The notes under the pieces are model-generated. The model saw nothing but the letters and a program-made list of their open reading frames with translations. It did not search any database and had not been told where the DNA came from. From an uncultured virus (IMG/VR IMGVR_UViG_3300044998_000523) (Duplodnaviria > Heunggongvirae > Uroviricota > Caudoviricetes), in the IMG/VR virus record IMGVR_UViG_3300044998_000523: a DNA stretch of 64,000 nt, one strand, 5' to 3'. Made by a program: the position numbers and the translations under genes. Shown in pieces: positions 28,463-37,874 of the stretch. Position 1 is the stretch's first letter, and each line of letters starts with the position of its first letter.

Positions 28463-31251
28463 CGTTTACGGAACACGGAAATATTAATAGCTTTCCGCAC
28501 GCATACCTCAAAGCGCAGGAGCTCAAAAAGAAGGGCAAGAACTTCAAATTCTTGCCCGGGCTCGAGGCTTACTACCATCCGGATCTCGAGACGTGGCGTA
28601 AGACGAAAGCTGACATCGAAGAGGCCAAGAAAGAGGCCAAGAAGGCCGAACGAGAGCTCGTTGGCCTGGACGAAGAAGATGTCGGTGCCACGGTCGAAAA
28701 TGAAGAGGATTCAAAGAACGTTTCGAAGTGGAAGAATCCGATCAATCGACGACATCACCTCGTTCTCCTGGCCAAGTCCAACAAGGGTTTGGAGAACATG
28801 TTTAGGCTTGTCTCTCGTTCTTACAAGGAGGGATTCTACAAGTTTCCGCGCATCGATCGAGCCATGCTCAAGGAGTTTGGTGAGGATATCATCGTCACTT
28901 CGGCATGTTTGGGCGGAGTCTTCTCTTTTGACATGATGTCCCAGTTCGACGGAGTGCCCTTCGAAGAGATCGATCACAACATCGGCCAGAAGCATCCCGA
29001 TCTCTATGAGAAGGGAATGAAGGCCATGATGAACACGCTCGATGAATTGAGCGATGCTGTCGGTCGAGAAAATGTTTTCGCCGAGCTGCAATTCAACAAG
29101 TTGGCTCCCCAGCATCTCGTCAATCGAGCTCTGCTCGACCTTCACAAGAGGACGGGAGTGCAGCTGACGGCCGCGGCCGACTCTCACTACCCAAATCCCA
29201 AGATGTGGCAGGCTCGTGAGATCTATAGGTTGCTGGGGCGCATGCGTTTTACCAGCTTCTCTCCCGAATTGCTGCCCGAATCCATCGAGCAGCTCAAGTG
29301 CCAGCTCTTTCCGAAGAACGCTGAGCAAATGTGGAATTCGTATCACGAGTACCGCGGCGAAGGAATGGACTTTTATGACGACGAACTCGTCTCCAAGGCC
29401 ATCGAGACCACGTGGCACATTGCTCATGACCTGATTGGCGACATCAAAGTCGACAACTCGCTGTGTTTGCCCAGCTTTGTCGTACCGAATGGTATGACGG
29501 ACATGCAAGCTCTTGTTGAAGCTTGCAAGGAAGGACTCAGAGCTCGGGGGTTGGCCGGCAAGCAGGAGTACATCGATCGGCTCAAGATGGAGCTGATGGT
29601 CGTCAAAGAGAAGAACTTCGCTCGTTACTTCTTGACGATGAAAAAGATCATCGATATCGCTCATCAGAGCCTGATGGTCGGCGCCGGGCGAGGTTCGGGC
29701 CCCGGAGCTCTCATCAATTACGTCCTCAACATTACGGATCTCGATCCGATCAAGAACGGATTGTATTTCGAGCGTTTTCTCAACAAGGTTCGCGCCGAAA
29801 GTCCCGACATCGATAGCGACGTCTCTGATCGAGATAAGCTCATCACCTTGATGAAGGACGAGATGGGCGATGAGTCCATCATCCCTATCACCAACTGGAA
29901 TCTCTTCCAGCTCAAGAGCCTTGTCAAGGACATTTCCAAATTCTACGGCCTTGACTTCGCTGAGGTCAACGAGGTGACTTCCCGGTTGGACGCCGACGTT
30001 CGACCCCACGCCAACGCGGCCGGAGAGAATAAGTCTCTCTTCCAGCTCAAATACGATGATTGTCTGACCTGGTCTCCAAGGTTCAAAGAGTTTATCGAGA
30101 AGTATCCGCAGGTTGGCGAACACATCAAAAACGTCTATAAGAACGTCAAGTCAGCTGGACGACACGCGGGCGGTGTCCTGGTCGCCGAAGATGCAGAAGG
30201 AAAGCTGCCTCTCATCACGGTTCGTGGGGAGATCCAGACGCCCTGGGCCGAAGGTATGAACGTCAAGCATATCGAGGTCATCACCGGCATCCCGAAGTTC
30301 GACCTGCTGGGACTCGATACGCTGCGTATGATTCAACGCTGCATCGAAATCATTCTCATCAAGCACGAAGGCATCGAAAAGCCTGCCTTCTCCGACATCA
30401 AGAAGTGGTACGACTCTCACTTGAAGCCGGGAATCATCAATGAAGAGGATCCCAAGGTTTTCGAACACGTTTTCGGTAAAAAGCGTTTCGCTGGTATCTT
30501 CCAGTTTACAGCCAAGCATACGCAACGCTTCATTCACGATTTCGAACCCAAAAGCGTGCAGGATCTAGCGCAAGCCACGGCTATCTATCGACCGGGACCT
30601 TTGGCGGCCAAAGTCGACAAACTGATGATCGAATCCCGTCGAAAAGACACTCGCAAGACCTATAACCACCCGGACATCGATCGAGTGCTCGAACCGACTC
30701 GAGGCTACGTAATCTTTCAGGAGCAGCTCATGCAGCTAGCTCACGAGTTGGCCGGCATGTCTCTTGTCGATTGTGATAGGCTCAGAAAAGCGATTCTGAA
30801 GCGTTCTGTCACAGGTATGGGCAAGAACAAGAGCGAGTCTCAAATTCTTGAAGAGGTTTTCATCGAGGGCGCCGTCAAGAACAACTACCCGCGCGACAAG
30901 GCCAAGGAGCTTTTCGAAGATCTAGCGGCGTTCTCCAATTATGCATTCAATAAAAGTTTGAACAAAGATGAATTAATCGATATCTATGAAAAGAATGGAC
31001 AATTTCTTGAATCCAAACGGATCGAAGATGTCCAGAAGGGTGATATCGTTCGATCCCGTGATGAACAGACGGGGGAAGATATCTTCATTCCTGTCCTTGA
31101 CAAGCACGATCACGGTATACTCGATCTGATAGAATTTGAGACCGATGACGGTAGGAAAGTAAGATGCACGAAGGATCACAAGTTCCGCACGAAGTGCGGA
31201 CAGATGCTACCGGTGTGGATGATAATGGAACAGGATCTCGAATTGGCGTGA
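28342..31251 (+). CDS. dnaE: DNA polymerase III alpha subunit, N-terminal half, fused to split intein N-part
   Basis: PHP domain LHGHTTYS..DG, TEHGN, GAGRGSG, PDIDSD, KFDLLGL, IFQEQ, ending YAFNK followed by an intein N-domain. Confidence 0.95.
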   Translation: MSAPKRFVGLHGHTTYSVADGFGQPEEHIEFALENGMDAIAFTEHGNINSFPHAYLKAQELKKKGKNFKFLPGLEAYYHPDLETWRKTKADIEEAKKEAKKAERELVGLDEEDVGATVENEEDSKNVSKWKNPINRRHHLVLLAKSNKGLENMFRLVSRSYKEGFYKFPRIDRAMLKEFGEDIIVTSACLGGVFSFDMMSQFDGVPFEEIDHNIGQKHPDLYEKGMKAMMNTLDELSDAVGRENVFAELQFNKLAPQHLVNRALLDLHKRTGVQLTAAADSHYPNPKMWQAREIYRLLGRMRFTSFSPELLPESIEQLKCQLFPKNAEQMWNSYHEYRGEGMDFYDDELVSKAIETTWHIAHDLIGDIKVDNSLCLPSFVVPNGMTDMQALVEACKEGLRARGLAGKQEYIDRLKMELMVVKEKNFARYFLTMKKIIDIAHQSLMVGAGRGSGPGALINYVLNITDLDPIKNGLYFERFLNKVRAESPDIDSDVSDRDKLITLMKDEMGDESIIPITNWNLFQLKSLVKDISKFYGLDFAEVNEVTSRLDADVRPHANAAGENKSLFQLKYDDCLTWSPRFKEFIEKYPQVGEHIKNVYKNVKSAGRHAGGVLVAEDAEGKLPLITVRGEIQTPWAEGMNVKHIEVITGIPKFDLLGLDTLRMIQRCIEIILIKHEGIEKPAFSDIKKWYDSHLKPGIINEEDPKVFEHVFGKKRFAGIFQFTAKHTQRFIHDFEPKSVQDLAQATAIYRPGPLAAKVDKLMIESRRKDTRKTYNHPDIDRVLEPTRGYVIFQEQLMQLAHELAGMSLVDCDRLRKAILKRSVTGMGKNKSESQILEEVFIEGAVKNNYPRDKAKELFEDLAAFSNYAFNKSLNKDELIDIYEKNGQFLESKRIEDVQKGDIVRSRDEQTGEDIFIPVLDKHDHGILDLIEFETDDGRKVRCTKDHKFRTKCGQMLPVWMIMEQDLELA
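30955..31248 (+). other. split intein N-fragment (98 aa)
   Basis: Starts SLNKDELI after FNK; block B RCTKDHKF (TxxH); ends GQMLPVWMIMEQDLELA, like cyanobacterial DnaE IntN. Confidence 0.9.
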
Positions 31252-32129
31252 AATGCTTGATCTGCGGATTCATTGCTGAGAAGCGTCTACATAAGCACTT
31301 ATCGAGAGATCATGGGATGACTACCCCGAAGATCGAATATCTTGCGCGCTATCCTGATGCGTCTCTTATATCGAACGAATGCAGGAAAAATTATTCGAGA
31401 TCCAACAAGATCAACGGACCCAAAGCCGTCGAGAAGATGAAAGCGGAGAATCGTTGGGAAGAGAGAAAAGCGGATCAATCTCAAAAAATCAAAGCTATCA
31501 TTGATTCAGATCCTCGACAACGAGAGATCAGGCGTCAGAACATGACGCGAGCGAACATCGAGCACAAGGAACGATTACGAAAGATTTCCAGTGAGACAGC
31601 CAAAAAGACATCAGCTCGCCCAGAGATTCTCGAGGCTCGGTCGATGACCCTCCAAAAGTGGAGAGATGAAAACAGGGAAGATTTTTACGAAAAATGCACA
31701 GGGAAAATGCTGTCGACGCGGCACTCTAAACCTGAACTTTTACTGTTTCAAATCGTGTCCGATCGATTTCCAAATTACGAGTTTAAGCTGAATCAATCGA
31801 TCAGACATGACAATTTCATTATGACGAAATCGAAACGAAAGCAAATTGATATTTTTTCTTCGAAAAAGTGTGTGATCGTCGAATTTGACGGGATAAGACA
31901 TTTCGAAGCAAAAAGCGGTCAAGAAGCTTTATTAGAGATTCAAAAGAAAGATTCGCTTATGAATTCGCTTTATTCAAGCGAATATGCAATTTTTAGGATT
32001 AGCCAATCATGCTTTAAAGGTGATCGATTTCGTGAAAATGTGCTTAATAAGCTTTTCGAACTGATCTCGAATCCTGTCCCGGGCGTCTATAAGCTAGGTG
32101 AAGAGTATGGCCAAGATAATCTCCTGTAA
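31248..32129 (+). mobile_element. free-standing Vsr/DUF559-like homing endonuclease gene between the split dnaE halves
   Basis: GTG start overlaps the dnaE-N stop (GTGA); N-terminal C2H2 finger CLIC..HLSRDH; SKPE...QIDIF...IVEFDGIRHF; intact ORF. Confidence 0.85.
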
Positions 32130-32217
32130 GTCGATCGGTAAGCACCAGACATACGATCTGGAAGTCGGACATTCCGATCACCAATTCTACATGTCGAACG
32201 GCTTGCTGACATCGAAC
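32107..32217 (+). other. split intein C-fragment (37 aa)
   Basis: Block F TYDLEV..HQFY, block G NGLLTSN, +1 Ser. Confidence 0.9.
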
Positions 32218-33132
32218 TCACACAGTTTGGCTTACGCCTTCTGTTCGTATCAGACAGCCTGGCTTATGACGTACTTTGAACCCGAATGGTTGTGCGCTTA
32301 CATCGAATCCATGATCGGAGATCCGGATTCTCGGGCGCAGGCCATTTCTGAGATCAAGTCGTTCGGTTACAAGATCGGCAAGGTCGATATCAACGTCTCG
32401 AGCTATCGATGGGAAGTCGATCGCGAGTCGAAGACGTTCTTCCCGTCCTTCCGAACCGTCAAGGGTGTGGGAGATGCAGCTATCGAAGAGATCCTCAGAA
32501 ATCGTCCTTATAATTCCCTCGAGGATCTTCTTTGGAACGAAGACGGCAAATGGCGTCACTCTAAATTCAACAAGAGATGCCTCGAAAACCTCATCAAGGT
32601 CGAAGCCTTCGATTCGATGGGGATCGTCAATAAGTCCGCACCGTCACCCTTCTCTTCTTACAAGCAGATGCACATGTGTCTCATCGAGGAAGGCGATTCT
32701 CTCAAAAAGAAGAAGGGTCGAGAAACTTTGTCATCTCTCGTAAAAGATAGTATGATGGTGGAAGACTGGACGACCGTCGAAAAGATCGCGTTCCACCGTG
32801 AACTGATCGGAGACATCGACATGTCTCTTATCGTTAGCCAAGAGCTGCAGGATTACCTGGCTCAGAAGGAAGTAAAATCGATCGGTGAGATGGAGCAAGG
32901 TGTGCATTTGTCGTGGTTCGTGCTGACGAACAGCGTGCAGAAGCTCACCAAGAATAAGAAACCGTATCTGCTTCTGCACGCGCTTGACGCGTCAGGCAAG
33001 CAGCATCGTATCTTTGCCTGGGGCGCTCCCAACGGAGCTGTTCCCGATATTAATTGCGCCTACCTCGCGGAGGTTGAGAAGAACGACTTCGGGCTATCGC
33101 TCAGATATTATAAGATGAAGAGGTTGGATTAA
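32107..33132 (+). CDS. dnaE: split intein C-part fused to DNA polymerase III alpha C-terminal half
   Basis: MAKIISCKSIGKHQTYDLEV...NGLLTSN then SHSLAYAFCSYQTAWL, DINVS, VKGVG and an OB fold. Confidence 0.92.
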   Translation: MAKIISCKSIGKHQTYDLEVGHSDHQFYMSNGLLTSNSHSLAYAFCSYQTAWLMTYFEPEWLCAYIESMIGDPDSRAQAISEIKSFGYKIGKVDINVSSYRWEVDRESKTFFPSFRTVKGVGDAAIEEILRNRPYNSLEDLLWNEDGKWRHSKFNKRCLENLIKVEAFDSMGIVNKSAPSPFSSYKQMHMCLIEEGDSLKKKKGRETLSSLVKDSMMVEDWTTVEKIAFHRELIGDIDMSLIVSQELQDYLAQKEVKSIGEMEQGVHLSWFVLTNSVQKLTKNKKPYLLLHALDASGKQHRIFAWGAPNGAVPDINCAYLAEVEKNDFGLSLRYYKMKRLD

Positions 33133-33135
33133 GCT

Positions 33136-33555
33136 ATGATCAAGCAAGTGATAGTCATGAGGACGGACCTGGGTATGCGCAAAGGGAAAATGGCCGCGCA
33201 GGCCGCCCACGCGTCCATGATGTTTTTCGCCAAGCAATTTCGGAATTCTTCGGCGAATTATTTCAACACCGTGCAGCATCGCACTGGGAATCTGCACGGC
33301 TACGGCGTCACCGTCACAGACGAGCAGCTCAAGTGGATGCAGGAGCTCTTCACTAAGATCGTGGTGGGAGTCGATACCGAGCTAGAACTGCTTCGAATTA
33401 TCGATGTCGCTCGAGCAGAAGGGTTGACTGTCAATCATGTCGTTGACTCAGGCAAGACAGAGTTCGGTGGAGTTCCCACCTTGACGTGCGCCGCCATCGG
33501 CCCGCATGAGGCTGAACGTATTGATGGAATCACTGGTAAGCTCAAATTGCTATGA
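33136..33555 (+). CDS. pth2: peptidyl-tRNA hydrolase 2
   Basis: KQVIVMRTDLGMRKGKMAAQAAHAS, KIVV, DSGKTE, AIGP, TGKLKLL. Confidence 0.92.
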   Translation: MIKQVIVMRTDLGMRKGKMAAQAAHASMMFFAKQFRNSSANYFNTVQHRTGNLHGYGVTVTDEQLKWMQELFTKIVVGVDTELELLRIIDVARAEGLTVNHVVDSGKTEFGGVPTLTCAAIGPHEAERIDGITGKLKLL

Positions 33556-33922
33556 AAAAGCATCTGGTCGCCTCTTTTAGGGACGACTATCCATATCTAA
33601 CAAAGGAAGCTCGTTTCGAAACGGGCGATGGGTGGTACGATATCCTGTGAGATATGTTCGCAGCCGTTCACCAAGCCATCGTTGATGGCGGTTATGACAA
33701 TAATGTCATGACTTTTACGCAAATCAAGTAAAAATTCGGAACGCTCAACGCCTATTACGAATGCCGAGACAGTAAGCTCGGAGATGCAGTCAGTGATATC
33801 GTCAATCGACACGAAACGATGTCATATGGAACGTGCGAGCGCTGCGGGAGACCCGGTCGAGAGACCGAGGGTGGATCAAGGTCCTCTGCTCAACCTGCAG
33901 AAAGCAAGATGATAGGGATTGA
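33552..33922 (+). pseudogene. decayed phage protein (GDGW / QIKxKFG / CxxCG type)
   Basis: In-frame TGA at 33648 and TAA at 33729, plus a 3' frameshift before WIKVLCSTC. Confidence 0.7.
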
Positions 33923-33945
33923 GTTTTTCTATTTAAGATTGTGTC

Positions 33946-34455
33946 ATGAAAAGAACGCTGTTGATCAACTCCTCCTGGGAACCTTTGACTTTCATCGACT
34001 CTCGTCGAGTCGTGTCCCTGCTCTTTAGGGACAAGGTCGAGGTCGTGTCCCTTTGGACGGGTGACGTTCTTATCCCACAGTTGTCGCAGGAACTGCCTGC
34101 GACCGTTCGCTTGAAGAAGTTCGTCCGTCACAACATCAAGATGCCCAAATTCCGTCGACGCGTCGTGTTCACGCGCGATAACTGGTCCTGCCAGTACTGT
34201 GCGACCAAGCTGAGCGCTCGGGATGCCACGATCGATCATGTCGTTCCTAGAGCTCACGGGGGAAAGACGGAATGGAAGAACTGCGTCACTTCCTGTCGAT
34301 TCTGCAATCGCTGGAAGGCGGACACGACTCTCGAGAAGTCGGGCATGAGGCTCTTGTCTCAGCCGGCGCCACCGTCTATCGTTCATTTCTGGGATCTCAA
34401 GAACGGTCAATTGACTTGGCACCCAGATTGGAACCAGATAATTCAAGAAAGGTGA
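33946..34455 (+). CDS. HNH endonuclease (McrA-like)
   Basis: RDNWSCQYC, TIDHVVPRAHGG, WKNCVTSCRFCN. Confidence 0.9.
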   Translation: MKRTLLINSSWEPLTFIDSRRVVSLLFRDKVEVVSLWTGDVLIPQLSQELPATVRLKKFVRHNIKMPKFRRRVVFTRDNWSCQYCATKLSARDATIDHVVPRAHGGKTEWKNCVTSCRFCNRWKADTTLEKSGMRLLSQPAPPSIVHFWDLKNGQLTWHPDWNQIIQER

Positions 34456-34470
34456 TACCTATAGTCACTT

Positions 34471-34743
34471 ATGGATCGTCTGAAGAATTATCTGAGAGTG
34501 TTTCTGAGGGAGTATTGGGGTGAAGTATCCGGCGGAGTGACCCGCGATCAGGGTACGAAAGAGGCCCAACGCACCGGACCTTCTCAACCCAATACTCCTG
34601 ACGATCCCCTGGGCGAAGATGACCCTTTTATGTTAGACAAGAAGGGAAAATACGTTCCGGATGACGCGAAGCGTAAGATCAAGAAGTACTTCAAAGATAT
34701 GAAAATGGAGCCGACAGACAAGCCCGGCAAGACTTATAAGTGA
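34471..34743 (+). CDS. small protein with N-terminal helical tag
   Basis: MDRLKNYLRVFLREY. Confidence 0.65.
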   Translation: MDRLKNYLRVFLREYWGEVSGGVTRDQGTKEAQRTGPSQPNTPDDPLGEDDPFMLDKKGKYVPDDAKRKIKKYFKDMKMEPTDKPGKTYK

Positions 34744-34762
34744 GCTCGCATACTTAATAGCA

Positions 34763-35065
34763 ATGTCGTCCAAGAAGATTATCCAAGAGGCTGTCCGAGA
34801 GTTTTTGCTCGAGGAGAAGGGAAATCCCAAGGAAGAAGACCTTGACGATTTCCAGTATGCGACCATCGCTCGTCAGCTCGTCATGAGGTACGAGGACGGC
34901 ACTGTCGAACAGAATATCTCCCGTCTGGTCGATAATTTCGTAGCTTCTCATAAAGCCACTACGGGCAAGTCGCTCGATAGTGAGAAGCTTTATGATGCTG
35001 TCGTCGAAGAAATGAGGAATTTCACCGACTCGACCAACGTTAGGTCATGCGGGGGAACTAAGTGA
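34763..35065 (+). CDS. small protein with N-terminal helical tag
   Basis: MSSKKIIQEAVREFLLEE; ATACTTA 6 nt upstream. Confidence 0.65.
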   Translation: MSSKKIIQEAVREFLLEEKGNPKEEDLDDFQYATIARQLVMRYEDGTVEQNISRLVDNFVASHKATTGKSLDSEKLYDAVVEEMRNFTDSTNVRSCGGTK

Positions 35066-35592
35066 TTTCATTGGTCGGACTTCCGCCGGGCAGTCCCGTC
35101 GAATTGACCGAGCAATTGGTCTCTTCGTGGAGCTTTCTGCCTTATTCCGAATTGTCGGTTGCTCTGAGTTGGCTCAAGGCGCTATCGACGATTCACCAGT
35201 CCCATCACTGGCAAGCTTTTTCTGATCCCTTTTACGGGGATCATCTGATGTATATGCGCCTCTACGAGGCAGTGCAAAAAGACGTCGATGCCATGGCTGA
35301 AAAGGCTGTCGGCATGGGCACGATCGAATTAGTCGATCCTGTCAAGGTTCTCAAACACACCGAGATCATTCTTTCTGTCATCTATGAGGCTCGTCCCGGG
35401 ATTCCGAATCCGACTGATCTGGCGATGCGTAGTCTGACGGCCGAATTGCATTTTTTGAAGGCTTTGGAGAGAATCTCTCAGCTTTTGGAATCTCGTAGTT
35501 TGCTCACCGCGGGCATCGACAATCAGCTCGCTGGGCTGGCTGACTTGCATGAGCAGAACGTTTATCTGCTCAAGCAACGCGCCGGCCGGTAA
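35062..35592 (+). CDS. ferritin/Dps-like protein
   Basis: HQSHHW...FYGDHLMY..LYE....DVDAMAEK, C-terminal HEQNVYLL. Confidence 0.75.
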   Translation: MISLVGLPPGSPVELTEQLVSSWSFLPYSELSVALSWLKALSTIHQSHHWQAFSDPFYGDHLMYMRLYEAVQKDVDAMAEKAVGMGTIELVDPVKVLKHTEIILSVIYEARPGIPNPTDLAMRSLTAELHFLKALERISQLLESRSLLTAGIDNQLAGLADLHEQNVYLLKQRAGR

Positions 35593-36083
35593 TGGAAATT
35601 CGAATAGGCGAACTAAGAGAGCTGATTCGAGAGGCTCTGAAAAATCAGACGTCGAAGCTGTCGTTCGAGCTTTTGAAAACGAAGCCGGCAAGCTATCGAA
35701 TATATTCGTCAAGCATGCTACGGTTGATGTCGACCAGATCGAGCATGCTTTGGTGGCTGTCGCGACCAAGCTAGGATGGGAACTATTAAGTCGATCCGAT
35801 AAAAGGGGCATCGTGTGGTGGTTCGAGCCCCCGATTGAGAACATCCCCGGGTACTACACGAAAATATTCTCCCAGGATATATCTTGCTACCGACGACCGC
35901 CTCGCGTGAGCTACTATAAATCGAGAAGAAGATTGGGCCTTGCTGAGGATTGATGTGACCAAGCTCCCCAAGGGAACGAAGTTTTATGTCGATCAAGAGT
36001 TCGGACATCGTCCCGATGGAACTCCCATGGCAGTGTATACGACGACTCCGATTCCGCCCGTTGCGGTTCAAGAAGTCGGTTAG
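35592..36083 (+). pseudogene. decayed tagged protein, possible ADP-ribosyltransferase (Tpt1/KptA-like) fold
   Basis: Three frames: MEIRIGELRELIREAL / SDVEAVV..WFEP / YSPRIYLAT..(TGA 35907)..LLRIDV..KFYVD..VYTTTPIPPVAV. Confidence 0.5.
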
Positions 36084-36087
36084 TCGT

Positions 36088-36507
36088 TTATTTCGTCCAA
36101 TCGTCAGTACCGTAAGCGCATTCATTGGGATCGTGCGGGTATTTGGCGCAGTCCTCGCACGGACAGTCGCATGTCTCGCTAGCGGAAGATCCCTTCTTGC
36201 TTTCGTCCGTCTTCCAGCGTTTCACTTTGTTACTGCAGTTTCCGCAATGCAACCATCCTGCAACCATCCGCCCCCAATCATCCTCGATGGACGTCTCTTC
36301 GTACTTTCCCTTTTTGCACTTTTCGCAAGTGTGGCCGCGAAGATCCTTAGCGCCGACTTCTTTTAGGTCTCTCTCGTCCGGAACGCCGACACCGACATTT
36401 TGTTTGCCGATCGGCTCACCGAATTTCTCGGCGATCATCGATTCTCCGATGAGCTCTCGGATGATACCTCGAAGATCGGCGATTTTGACCTTGAATGTTC
36501 CGCTCAT
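36088..36507 (-). CDS. tagged Cys-rich (Zn-binding) small protein
   Basis: Start reassigned to MSGTFKVKIADLRGIIRELIGE, with GTATTTA 5 nt upstream; CEKC, CGNC and CDCPCEDC. Confidence 0.65.
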   Translation of the reverse strand: MSGTFKVKIADLRGIIRELIGESMIAEKFGEPIGKQNVGVGVPDERDLKEVGAKDLRGHTCEKCKKGKYEETSIEDDWGRMVAGWLHCGNCSNKVKRWKTDESKKGSSASETCDCPCEDCAKYPHDPNECAYGTDDWTK

Positions 36508-36566
36508 GGTCATAAATACGCAAAACAGGCTGTGATGAATAATGTAATTTGCTTTGTAGGGTAAAC

Positions 36567-36833
36567 ATGGATCCGCAAAAACAGCTCGAAAAGATCCTCC
36601 TCGAGGAAGATCCAATGAAAGTATCAGATTATGATGACTACTCTGGCGAATCTAAGTTGATTCTCAAGGAGTTGCCCTACGTCAAGACCGTCGAAAAGCT
36701 TTCTATGGTCCTGTATACGATCTTTTCTAAGCAGTATACGCCCAAGCAGGCTTTGCTCGATTGGAAGCCAGTTTCAAAAGCGATTCTCGAGGACAAAATC
36801 CTGGGTAAACTGGCCGGAAGGCTTAACAAATGA
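36567..36833 (+). CDS. hypothetical protein
   Basis: 88-aa ORF overlapping the next start (ATGA). Confidence 0.55.
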   Translation: MDPQKQLEKILLEEDPMKVSDYDDYSGESKLILKELPYVKTVEKLSMVLYTIFSKQYTPKQALLDWKPVSKAILEDKILGKLAGRLNK

Positions 36834-37789
36834 AAGCGCTCGTTGCCGGCGCCGCCGGCTTTCTCGGTTCTAATCTAGTCAAGCGCCTGATCAAGGATGG
36901 CCACATCGTTTACGGTGTCGACAACTTCAGTACCGGCCGCATGCGGAATTTCGACGGTTTCTACTCAGAAAACTGGAAGAAATGCGCAAATGGCGACATC
37001 GTGATCCAGACGTCTTATCCTGACGTCGATGTCATTTTCAATTTGGCGTGTCCAGCATCCCCTCCCGCGTATCAGCGGGATCCGATTCATACGATGCTTA
37101 CGTGCGTCGTTGGCACTAAGAATTTGTTGGAGCATGCTCGAAAGTGCGACGCTATTTTCTTGCAAGCTTCTACTTCCGAGGTATACGGAGATCCGCTAGA
37201 GAGTCCCCAAGTCGAAACTCAGCGAGGTAATGTCAATTCTTACGGTCCTCGAGCGTGCTACGACGAGGGTAAACGAGCGGCCGAAGCCCTCTGCTTCGAT
37301 TACGCGGCCAAATACGGAGTCAAAACTCGAATTCCTCGAATCTTTAACACTTACGGTCCAGGGATGGATCCGTCAGATGGTCGAGTCGTATCCAACTTCA
37401 TTGTGCAGTCTCTTTTGGGAGAGAAACTGACGATTTACGGAGATGGAAAGCAAACGAGAAGTTTTTGTTATGTCGATGATCTGATCGAAGCTTTCGTTCG
37501 TCTTGCCGATCCCTCCGTGACTCACACCGGACCGATCAACCTGGGAAATCCTCACGAATTCACAGTAATAGAACTCGCCAAAGAGGCTATTCACATGATC
37601 CACGGCGGCCGCAACGTCACATGGAGAGAAGTGGCCCGCTGGTTGGAATATTCTCCTCTTCCGCAAGACGATCCCAAGCAACGAAAGCCAGACATCAGTC
37701 TCGCCAAGGCTGTATTGTCTTGGGAACCTAAAGTAGAATTGGCAGAAGGTCTGCAGCAGACCATCGACTACTTTAGGAGAATCGTTTGA
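36830..37789 (+). CDS. UDP-glucuronate decarboxylase (UDP-xylose synthase) family SDR
   Basis: GAAGFLG, NLACPASP, ASTSEVYGDP, GPRACYDEGKR, RIFNTYGP, DGRVVSNF, TRSFCYVDDL, DDPKQRKPDIS. Confidence 0.9.
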   Translation: MKALVAGAAGFLGSNLVKRLIKDGHIVYGVDNFSTGRMRNFDGFYSENWKKCANGDIVIQTSYPDVDVIFNLACPASPPAYQRDPIHTMLTCVVGTKNLLEHARKCDAIFLQASTSEVYGDPLESPQVETQRGNVNSYGPRACYDEGKRAAEALCFDYAAKYGVKTRIPRIFNTYGPGMDPSDGRVVSNFIVQSLLGEKLTIYGDGKQTRSFCYVDDLIEAFVRLADPSVTHTGPINLGNPHEFTVIELAKEAIHMIHGGRNVTWREVARWLEYSPLPQDDPKQRKPDISLAKAVLSWEPKVELAEGLQQTIDYFRRIV

Positions 37790-37874
37790 TCAGATATATC
37801 GCTAAGCCTGATGAATGGTTTGACGCCGGAATGGAAGTCAATCTTATCACCCATAATGTGAGTATTAAATCCTC

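Noticed and set aside
28711..30123. 470-aa minus-strand ORF and other long antisense ORFs
   Set aside because: Shadows of codon bias in well-supported plus-strand genes, with no recognisable motifs.
31248..32129. Group I intron interrupting dnaE
   Set aside because: There is no non-coding flank for a ribozyme core: the ORFs overlap directly, and both halves carry intein blocks.
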